Assembly (NCBI GenBank): GCA_037447605.1
Contig: CM074822.1
Span: forward strand, 19,292 to 83,291
Source of the DNA: Zygnema circumcarinatum SAG 698-1b
Taxonomy: Eukaryota; Plantae; Zygnematophyceae
DNA: 64,000 nucleotides
Direction of reading: 5' to 3'
Positions within the stretch are counted from its first letter, which is position 1. Each line of letters starts with the position of its first letter. The notes under the pieces are model-generated. The model searched no databases. It was given only the letters and a program-made list of their open reading frames with translations, and had not been told where the DNA came from. A program made the translations under genes and the position numbers. Of the stretch, positions 21,482 through 31,976 are shown piece by piece.

Positions 21482-24400
21482 TCACCGTCTCTTTCGTCGC
21501 CCCACAGGAGGAACGGGTTTGGGAGAGACGGGCTGGCGAGTCACGAGCCACTGCATGCCAGTCCCCAGGATTAGGGCAGACGTCAGCTCTGGCAACCGCC
21601 AAGATGGGCACTGCAAGTCACTACATGTAAACGCTGCGCTGCATCTCCGCACCTTCACAAGGCGCTGCGCTACAATGCAGAGGACCACAAAAGCGAGAAG
21701 AGTGAGCCAAAGCCCAAGGCTGAGCCGCCATTGTTGTCGAAGCTGAAGTTTCAGCTGCCGAAGATGCCTGTGCTCCCACACCCGCAAAACAGACAGAATG
21801 TGATCACCTCCACTAGCAGCATTTCATCTCCGAGCCCCTAAACCCTCACTTCAAGTGGCAAGTTCACAATCAGGACGCTTCTGTAAGCAATATTACAAGC
21901 GCATCTGACTTCAAAGAGTGGCATTCACATTCATAGAGCATGCAGCTGACACAAGGGTGCATGGCCGCCTGCACACTCACACATCAGCAGCCATGAAGTC
22001 CGGTTGCAGCCGCAACGCTTCTTCGAACCCCAAAACAGCCTCTTCCTGTGAGCCGCTCCCACCATACTGCCGCCAATGTCAGCAATTGGCGAGACTGGCA
22101 AGACTTCAAGCAATGCAGCGCTCACTTGACGACAACTGGGAAGAAGGGAAGGGAGCAGCAGCGACCTTTCTGCCAAGGGTTACGAGCACATTGGCAAGGC
22201 TGAAATGCAGCAGAACATGCTGCGCATCCTGCAGCAGGCCCTGCCGGAATGCCTCCGCCTGCATACCTCCGCCAAACCTTCTACAGATTGGAGCTGCACC
22301 GTATCTGCAAACTTTAAATCGTCCATGTGAATATAAAATCCACTACCACACAAATGAAAAAACTTAAACATGCGATTATCACAGTGATAAAATCAAAGAG
22401 AAAAAGCATGGGGGTTTTCTCACAGTCAGCAAAAAGGGACCAGAATCAAAGTCAGCTGGAAATTGGGTTGTCGCACTCCAAAATCTGAGATCCTTACAGC
22501 CTTTTGCACGTTGCCGAGGATGTAGTGGATGCTTCCCAAATTCAGGTACAGATCAGGATGCGTCTGCTCCACCCAGAAGAGCATAAAGTAAGGCCCTTCG
22601 CACCTCCCTGTGCACACTACTTCTGCATTGTTCAGAGCAGCCAAAGATGCTACCTTTAGGCGAATGGCCTGTTCCATGCAGTCCAGCGCGCGGTGGTAGC
22701 TCCCTTTGGCGCGATGCGCGTTGCCCAAGTCATTCCAAACCCGCGCGTCCTGCAACCCTAAAAACCCTAAGAACCCTAAAACCCTAAAAACCCTTAAAAC
22801 CCTAAAACCCTACAAACTCTAAAAACCCTAAAAACCCTACAAAACCTAAAAACCCTAAAAACCGCCCGCATGCATGCTGCGGCTCTTAGCCCACTGCTCA
22901 CTGCTCAGTGCTCGGCCACTCGCCAGCTGTCGCCATCCCATTGGCAAGGGCCGTATCCCACCGACCTGAGGCTCAAGTTTCGCCGTTCTTTCCAGAATCT
23001 CCAGCGCCGCGTCCACCCCGCCGTACCTTCACGTGGGCCCCACCACCCTCTCGCGGCGGCTCAGCTGCAGCCATAGAATGTCATCTTCCCATAGAAGGCC
23101 GGCAATAGGGGCAGGCACCTTCGTACCTAGTGAACAGGGAGGCCATTGCCAGTTCTTGCCGATGAGATATCAGCGAAGCACCTGTTAAAGGCGGCTCACT
23201 GCCCCCACCGACCGGCGAGTGTCCATTTACAGCAGGTCCATTGACGGGGTCGCAAGTGGGTCCCTTCATTTGGCAGCGAGAAGATGCAGCAGTTGCCGAG
23301 GAGGAAGATGCTGACCCTGGGTCACCAGGCACGCTGCACACATGGCGGCTTCCCCAGCCCATGTTGCCATTTATACCAAAAGAAGCGAATCGGGATTGCA
23401 CCTTCTTCAAAGCCGTGTTGTGGCGGAACATGAGCACAGTCGCCTGCTGACTCGTGCTATACACCGTCCGCTTCTCTGCTACCTTCCCGTTCTCTTGCCA
23501 GAAAGCATGCGAACGAGGGTACATTGCACTTGCCGCAAACTGCTGCCCTGCGTTCATCTCCGCCATCTCAAACTCGGTGGCTTTCATTGCCAAATATTCC
23601 TCTGCTCGCCGCATGGCTGCCTGTACTGCTTCAGCAACAGCTTCTGCTAAAGGAGAGTTCACATTGTACTGTGATGCATGGTTTAAAGCGCAATTCATCG
23701 CCATTTTTGGTCCATGTGGGACTGCTCCAACTGGCCCGTATGCAGCACATTCCGGTTTGTCCACAGGAGACGTCCAGTGGGGAGCAGAAGGAGCTCCATG
23801 GCCAACGGAATGTGCTGAAATCATGGGAATGCGGATCACTTCCTCCATATTTCCCCCGCACGAGCACACCTGAACATCCGCCTCTGCCTTCTCTTTCTCT
23901 TTCACGCACTGAGCCTCTCTCTGTTGCGAGCATCTGGCCGCGCAGTTGCACCGTGCTGCTCCGCAATTCGCAGAGACTTCGCTACGCCTGAATTCAGGAC
24001 AAGAAGCACTGCCCCCCACAGGATACCCAGTTCAACAACGAAAGCTCTGTTGCAACAGGATCACACCTATATGAGTCATGATGTGTTTTACATTCGACAC
24101 GGCAAGGACGGACACAGAGTGAAGAACGAGATATAAAAATAATAGGGTCTGGCGAATGACGAGAGATTGCGGCGGAACACAAGGAGACTTCGTCTTATTG
24201 ACTAGCCCGTCAGGTAGGCCTGTGTGGCACGCCGCTAAGCTGGGAGACATCTGCAAATAGAACTGAATGCTGGGAAGAGGCGAGGAAGGATGCAATAGAC
24301 AGGAGAGGAAGGCAGACGTTGCTGTAAGATGGCAGCCATTGCCACTTCCTATCGTGGATGCCACATCCGTCGCTTAAATTCCACGAAGTGCTGAGTTTCC

Positions 24401-25401
24401 GGGCAAAGCGGCGGCGTGGAGAAGAGTGCGAGGGAAAGTAGGGACAAGAAACTCAAGGAGTTCAAGTCAAAATGAAAGGGCGGTAAGGGAAGAAATGCAA
24501 GCTTTGGCGCGTACAGAGAAAGGCAAGTGGTCATATTTGATGCAGAGGGGCACAGGTAGGCAGAAGAAATGGAGGAAGCAACGTGGAAGGAGGAAAACGG
24601 AAAGGACGAGAGAGGATTCGTAATTTGAAAAAAGGAACGAAGATGAAAAGTGGAAAAAATGGGAACACGAGAAGGTGATGAAGCAGGAAAGGGAGGTGGA
24701 GCGGGCAAAAATAGACAAAGTGAGAGGACAGGAGAAAATTAAGGAAGGAGCGGGGAGCGTTCCACGGAAAAAAGGGCTATTTACGACGAGACGAATTAGC
24801 CAGGAAAGGTAACGAGAGGCAGGAAGGGAGTAGAATAGAACACGACGGAGAACGTGGTGGGGGAATGGACGAGAGAGACATGAGACGAGAAAAAGGAATG
24901 GCAGAAGTAGAAAGAAGATGGAAAGTGAATGACGGGACAAATGCACTGTTTTGATGCCGCTGTTCCCCCCCTGAAGTGTTTATCGTCTGTCTGCAGAATG
25001 AGTGCTCGTCCTCAAAATTTCCTCATCTCGAGCTGAAGCGTGAGCATGCTGAGTGGCGAAATCTGCAATAGTTGTGACGGGTGCAGAGGGAGGTGCGGAT
25101 AGGAGCACCGGCGCCAGCTGAGCCCCCGGCACTCGGCGGAGCGGCCCGGAAGGGGGAGGGGAGGGGGGGAGAAGCGAGGGAGAGGAAGAGGGACTTACTC
25201 GGGCGACGTGTGCGCGTGCGCGTGCAGCGCAGCGCGCGCGGCGGCGAGGGACGCGGCGAAGGGCAGACGCGCGTCGGCGGCGAGCAGGTCCAGAAGGCCC
25301 TTCTCCTCGCTCAGCAGCCATGGCGAGGCGCACCCGCCGGGCAGCACCAGCAGCACCGCGCCCAGCAGCGCACCCACCGCGCGCTGCGCTCTCTCCGCCA
25401 T
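21482..25401 (-). CDS. Predicted signal-peptide, TPR-repeat, C-terminal transmembrane protein (multi-exon; structure partly resolved)
   Basis: Exon 1 is MAERAQRAVGALLGAVLLVLPGGCAS with a GTAAGT donor at about 25199. There is a large exon at about 23130-24000. TPR helices read DAALEILERTAKLEPQ / DARVWNDLGNAHRAKGSYHRALDCMEQAIRL / HPDLYLNLGSIHYILGNVQKA / FRQGLLQDAQHVLLHFSLANVL. The hydrophobic tail is LSLGLWLTLLAFVVLCIVAQ. Linkage of all exons and the true stop are inferred. Confidence 0.6.
22755..22862 (-). repeat. Degenerate interstitial telomere-like array (TTTTAGGG/TTTTTAGGG variants, ~12 units) in an intron
   Basis: The plus strand reads ACCCTAAAAACCCTAAGAACCCTAAAACCCTAAAAACCCTTAAAACCCTAAAACCC... 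Confidence 0.85.
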
Positions 25402-26071
25402 GGCCTCCCACTTCCCCTCCCCCCTGCGCGTAAGCGTGCGGGTGGACGAGTGGCGCCCCGCCGCGGCCCGTCCGTACAGCGCGGGGAGGGCCGTACGGGG
25501 AGGGCTCCAATGGGCGGGCGGGCAGGCATCCCTCGGCCCTGCGCCCCGCGCCCTCTGCCCTCGACCGCACCACACCGCGACAGAAACGAGTATTCGGGGG
25601 AGGGAGGTACCCGCCTGCCCGCCCACCGGGACTGTACTCGTTTTGACTCACTACTCACTGCGGCCGTGCTCGCCCGCGAGGAACCGAACCCGCGGCAGGC
25701 CGTACAGGCCCAGCCCGGCCCGGGCCGCCCTGCGGCCGTACGGAGAGAGCGAGCGAGCGAGCGAGCACCGCACGGCGTACGGCAGCCGGGCGGGGCCGTA
25801 CGGTGATCCGTACGGCGGGCGGGCGCGAGCCCCGCTTTGGCGCGTGCGGGGGAAGGACCCCTCCCCTGCCGTACGGCCTCGCCCGGCACGCGGGCCGCCA
25901 GCACTCGCGCGCGTGTCCGTCTCTCTCTGGGCGAGCGAGCGGGCGGGCGGACGCGCGGAGGGAGGGGAGGGGAAGGACTACTCGCGACTCCACTGCTACC
26001 ACTACCTCTACCGCTACCTCTACCGCAGAGGGGAGGCGAGGCGAGGCGAAGGGAGGCGAAGGCGAGGCGGT

Positions 26072-27486
26072 ATGGGGCTGGTGCTGGGCAAGACGGACGG
26101 CTTGGAGCAGCCGCGCTACGAGGTGCTGGACAGGGCCGGGGCCTGTGAGGTCCGCAAGTACTCGCCCTACCTCATCGCGGAGGTGGGTCACTCACGCCAC
26201 TGGCGCTGCAGCACTTGGTTGTGCAGTTCTCTTGCTCCTTTTTCAGGTGTGGCTGAGATGCCTCTTGCTATATTTGAGTGTTTGAAAAATTCACTCCATG
26301 GTAAGTTCTTTAACCTGCTCCATGGTGTTCCTGTTAGGCATCCTCTACTATAGCATCCGCTTCGTTTCAATCTTCCCCCGTAGATTCCAGCCATGCATCA
26401 CCTGTCCGTGTCTTTAAGTCTCCTTTCTTTCTCGTCCTCAATATCAAGCTAGCTGAATTTCTGCACCTGTTTTCTTTCGGCAGGTCATTTACACCGGCAC
26501 ACACTTCCAGGTTGCGCACACAGCTCCCGCCCTGTGCTGCTCTTGCGCAGCAGAGAAGGGAAAGCTGCATCCGTTGCTGCTGCTGTGATGAGGGCAGCGT
26601 TCTGGGCACGCGAATTTTTTTGTGATGCATGAAGGTTTCCCGAAGCCACTGGAAGCTCTCGATCATGAGTCTGATCCTGCCTGCTGGCTGACCGGACGCA
26701 CCTCGGGCCCTGGCATGCGGGGGTGGGATTTGGAGTGCAGAGTGGAGCCGATGGGGGCTTTATGACTTTGGCGAACTACCTAGGTGTTGGGGGCAAACCT
26801 AAGAACGTGAAAGCTGGCGGAACGGAGTCAGAGAAAATTGCAATGACGGCTCCTGTGATCACGCAGGAGGCACAAGTTGGAGAAAAAATAGCCATGACAG
26901 CCCCTGTCATCACATGTGAGTTTCGCAGACCGTTCTCGTTCCGATGTGTCTTGGAGATGAAGACCTCGTCATGCATGTGGACACACCTCGGGCTGCAGAA
27001 ATATGGGCCACGGCTGTGGTGTTTTGAAGTGCTGTTTTTGTCGCTGTGCTGTCACTGCGTCGGCGAACAACGCAGGAGACTGAACATGGTCATTTCTCCA
27101 TGACATTCTGCAAGGGAAGATATTTCACGTTTGAAAACTGTTTTTGGGCTTGTACAGCTGAGAGCAAAGAAGAGTCGGCTGGCGGCAAACGAACGAGCAT
27201 GCAGTTTGTGCTGCCCTCCAAGTACACTATGGAGACCATTCCGCAGCCCACCGACCCCAAGGTGAGCATCAAGGAGGTGCCCGAGCAGACCATGGGCGTC
27301 ATCACCTTCAGCGGAATGACTAACTACTCTGACATTGAAAACGAATCCACCAAGTTACGAGGTGCGCTTGACGCTCTTGGTTGGAATGTAGTGGGCGACT
27401 ATGTACTCGCCAGGTACAATCCTCCGTTCACAATTCCATTTTTGAGAAAAAACGAAATACTGTATCATGTAGAAAAGAAGAACTAG
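26072..27486 (+). CDS. SOUL/haem-binding protein (plant MGxVLGK type)
   Basis: Exons are 26072-26182 (MGLVLGKTDGLEQPRYEV...EVRKYSPYLIAE), about 26741-26915 (GFMTLANYLG...EKIAMTAPV twice) and 27158-27486 (MQFVLPSKY...PQPTDPKV...LARYNPPFTIPFLRKNEI). A small extra exon cannot be excluded. Confidence 0.92.
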
Positions 27487-27959
27487 TAAATTTCTGATGG
27501 AAACGACATTCTGTCAACTTGGACGGTTTATTCAACACCTGTGAAGACTTCAGCCTGAAAGTTCCAAGTGACTGTTATGGGATAAGCTGGGCTCTAAAAA
27601 AAAAAAAAACCTTATATTGCTGTAATGCCAATCTAACTCAGGATGCATATGCAGCTTGTCTATGTCATGTTGCCCACACGTTGGTTTCATATCCTACCTG
27701 CGTCCGCAGCAAGAATTACAGACTTGAAAAATCTTGTCGACAATCTGTTATCAATTGCCATGAGTCGACAAGATTGCCAGATGGGCTTTAAACAATCGTA
27801 TGAACTGTCCTACCTAAATGTTGCATCAACATGTACGAGAAAGTCCTCTAAGCTCAAACATATACAATGGACAGCTATGGCGACGAAGATTTGTACACTG
27901 TACATTCGCTCGTAGTGTTTGCAATGACGGGGGAGGAAGCGAGAGCCCCTGGCGGCCAT

Positions 27960-30900
27960 TCAGCCGTCCTGCGCCTGAAACAGCGTCACGGTGGCGATAT
28001 GGCCGTTGCGAAGCACCTGATGCAGCAGCGTTTGAATGAATGAATGTTTAAATGGGAGTGAGTGAATGAATGAACATCAGAGTGCTCGTGCGAGGGTAGG
28101 GAGAGGAGGGGCAGCGTACCTCAAAAGCGATGTTGCGATAGCCATACACATACGTAGGTCCGAATGGATTATCACTCGAACCCCGCGTCTGAATTGCTGC
28201 CCGTCCCCCTGAACCAAGAATCCCCTGAAACCAACATACAATGGCCCCCCCTCAGCGCTTTCCACTGGATTTTGCCCTTGACCCGCACCAGCAACTACTA
28301 GGAGATAGGCATTCAGATCCTTCAACTGACCTGCACATGTTCCCACTTGCTATCTGCAGTAATGCGACGAACGACACCCGCGGTTGTGCCCGCATCACGT
28401 ATGTCTTCATCCATAGCTGCATTGCAACGAAGTCGGAGCCCTCAAAGACAAAGTCAGCCCGCCGTTAGGCATTGCACATTGACGTCGATCGCTTGAGGTG
28501 CCTTATCACGGGGACAACTTTCTACATAACCGCGGCTTGGCGACGCACACATGAAAGCGTGGATGGATACAGTACCTCGAGGACGAATTATTGTGAAGTT
28601 GCATTTCACGTGCACGTTGAAGTCTGCGTGGCCCGGGAAGTTGGTGTGCAGCACAAACTTCTTCAGACGGTGGCTCTGTTCCACAGCACTCAGACCGTAG
28701 CCCTAGTAAACAAGACCGTAGCCCTAGTAAACTTCTTCACCACCAGCTTGCAAAGAAATATGCAGGCAAGCTGGATGGGAGAGGCAGACCTGGCCATCAA
28801 AGAGGATATCAAGGCCCCTTGCGAAGTAGGAGTAGAGATAATCTCCACACAATGCTGTACGCGGGCGAGGGTCTGAAGCAGAGTGAATAAGCATGGTGTC
28901 CACCTGCACAGGCAGCCACCGACACAGCATTCGACTCTAGCACAGTCAGCAGCACACAAAGGATGAAGGCATTCTGTAGCACCCACTTAATCTGACACTT
29001 AATCTCAATCCACACCCTCGCAAAGTCAAAGTCGCCTTTGACGAAATCAGTACTAAAGGAGAGGAAGTAAGAGGTCGGCCTGCTGTAATCGATGCATTTC
29101 ATGAAGCGCCCGAAGAAAATGATTCACTGGCAAATAGGCTTACGTGAGTAAGGCATTATCTCAGGACAGAGTCATAGCCAGAGGCTGCAGGTTTAGCAGC
29201 CCACCTGCTTGGGACAGATCGAGCATGGCCTCCCAAGTTCTGTCCACACATCCTGCTCGGAATCATGCCAAACGATTACTTTTTCAATTAAGGCTAGCAA
29301 CACAGCGGAATCCATTCGCCATAGACAATTTTGACAGCTCTGCAGCGTACATGTCAGCCGCAGCCCCTGCTCTGTTCCATTACCTGTGGTGAACTGCCAA
29401 ACAGCAGCGATTGCCCGCCTACAGTAAAGTGCAATCCTTCTGCAAGCTGCTCCCCAGCCAAAGCCCTCATGGCCTGCTGTCAGCTCTTCAGCACTTCTTT
29501 TGTGCCCACAATTCTGTGAGCTCTAAGATTACAAGCATACCTGGGCGTAGTGAGCATTAGTTTACAAGGGCAGGAACATCCTGGCATTTACAGATACAAC
29601 AACCTACAGTCAAGTCTTTGAGTATACACCAGGCTTAATCTCTTGGAAGACTGAAAACTAAGAAAAGCAGGGCTGATTCCGCCTATTACATGTTATTTAC
29701 AGACCACATAAGCAGAGTCCCACATGGCACCTCACTGATAATCACCTTGGCCTGCACCTCCTCCATGTAGATGCTGCCAGGTGGCAGCTGTGGCGGCAGC
29801 GATTGGCTGAGAGCGGGCCCAGTTCCCACTCCTGCCGCCCCTGCATGCAGGCGGATGCGTGACGTGACAGGAGTGGTCCCATCCGGAAATTCCAGAGGGA
29901 GCTCAGCTGCAATCCGTAGACACAACCACTACCTATGTCAGTTAAGAAGAAGGATATCCTATAGCGAGAGACAATGGCGCGAAGGCTTCCCTATTAGTGT
30001 GGCTTCACCACACTTCTCGATCTTCACTTTCCCAGTCTCCCAGTCTCTTCAGTTCCTACCCAAGTTGAATCTCACGCGTCCATGAGATTGGCGAGTTATA
30101 CGCAATGGGGAAAGGCCGGAACTCTGTGTAATAGAGGATATGCTTCAACTGCTTACCTTGCCCGTGGAGGCAGCAGTCAGCATACTGTGGAGGAATTGGG
30201 AAAACCAGAGCAAGTCCCTGCAGCCATAGCCAGTGCCACATGTCAAGCATGAGAGAATGTACCACAACCCATATGACGCCCAAACCTCAGGTCAGCAGTC
30301 ATATCAAGGAACAGCAGATTGTTCACAATTGCAGTTAGTCACCCGCAAACCTTTGCTGGGTTCCCTCAGCAGAAGGCACATGCTTCTTTAGCATGAATAA
30401 CAAAAAAATGGGCAACGCACCTACCGGATAAAACAGAGTGTACACGCGACGGTCCACGTTGTAGGTCCCGGGAAATGTGGGGCCGAGCACCGCATACACA
30501 CGCACAAAGGTGGCGGGAATACCGGGGCCGCTGCCGCCCCCCCGGCAGCTCCGCATCAGCAATGAGCCGCCATCTTAAGAGGCCATTCTTCTTTTGCCTT
30601 CCGTCTGCATGGGACTGGCCATTTGCAACGGCTTATTTCAAGCAGGAGCTAAGGGTTTCAATCACGAGTAGCTTGGTTTCTTCTAAGCACACGTTCAGAT
30701 AAGCAACACAAGGATTAAAATTAAGTTCTGCATACCCAATTGTGGAGGTGGCATAGCGCATTTGCAGCCGTGTAAGGTCGTAGACTTCTATGAGACGCAG
30801 GCGCTGAGAAAAAACCATCACTCTCCGGAATCCGTCAGGACATCCTCTACGAAACCTATGGGGCTCTTGTTGTAAAAGAGCACTTTCTTCAAATTCAGTT

Positions 30901-31490
30901 TCAGTGCAAGGTGACAGAAAGTGATATGCGTGCGTCGGTGCAGCCTCAAAAGGAGTGGTAATTCGACTGCTGAGGGTCCTCCTGAGGGTCCTCCTGAGGG
31001 TACGCACGCGTGCAAGAAGAGCAGGCACAGCGAGGCAACGCACGAGAACAACAAAACAAACCTGCGAGCGAGGGTCAAAGCGGAGATGGAAACCGAGGTG
31101 GGGAAAGGCCACCACAATATCCCAAAGCAGCGGTTCCTGCATACCAGCACGATACCGGCAAGAAGGATCAGGCCGCACCTTCAGCTAGCTTCTGTAAATT
31201 TACGGCCCTGTCCACTGCAAACTTTCCGACATGCGTGGGAGAGTACCTGCTCACTGTACTTGATGTGCGTGCTCGCAAAAAGAGATCGCTGCTGGTCCGC
31301 CTGTGCGAGGGCCTCGCAGAGCGGCATGCCTGCACGCGCCCGTCCGGAAACCAAGCCGCACACGCGTGAGCAGGGCAGGGCAGGGAAGGGCAGGGCAATG
31401 GCACGCAGGCGGGGCAGTACAGGGGGCAGCACCGAGCGTGAAAGGCCCGAGACCCAGGCCCGGCCGCAGCTCCAGCGTCGCCAGCCCCAT
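27960..31490 (-). CDS. PHAF1: PHAF1 / UPF0183 (C16orf70-like) protein, multi-exon
   Basis: [15 protein letters not shown]|[14 protein letters not shown]|[84 protein letters not shown]|[14 protein letters not shown]. Confidence 0.92.
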
Positions 31491-31976
31491 AGCGCCTCCT
31501 CCTCTTCTCCCTCCCTCCCTCCCTCCCCTTCAGGGCGGGCGGCATCTCTTACGGGCGAGGCCCTCCGGAGAGAGGGAGGGCCGTACGGCACCGTCTGGTA
31601 CTGTACGGAAAATTCGTACGGTTGGTCGGTCTGTCGGCATCTGAAAGTGACATGACATGACGTGACGTGGAGTGACGTGTCATAAAAAAACAGCGAGGCG
31701 GGGCCTGCCCGCCGCTCGCTGCTGCGATGGGGCACGACACGGAACGGAACGGACAGAACGGAACAGAACGGGGCGGAACGGGGCGGAACGGAACGGGAGA
31801 CACCAGTTTGCCCTCGACCTCGCAGAAGCGCGCCCGACCACGACTCCCAACCCCGCCACTCATCTGCTCTCCTGCTGAGCCTAAAAAATTATACAGATTT
31901 GGAAAAAATATGCTACAACGCAATTTTCTATACATGGGCAGATAGATATCCGCGAAGGATAACGCATCTCAAAACA

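Noticed and set aside
24349-24946. Hydrophobic Phe/Ser/Leu-rich ORFs suggesting a membrane protein
   Set aside because: They are translations of a strongly purine/pyrimidine-skewed low-complexity intron.
26831-26915. Duplicated EKIAMTAPV motif in SOUL as a novelty
   Set aside because: Repetition of this motif is normal in plant SOUL proteins of this subgroup.
29950-29957. U12-type donor-like ATATCCTT on the PHAF1 strand
   Set aside because: It lies mid-intron; the flanking exons join through ordinary GT-AG sites.
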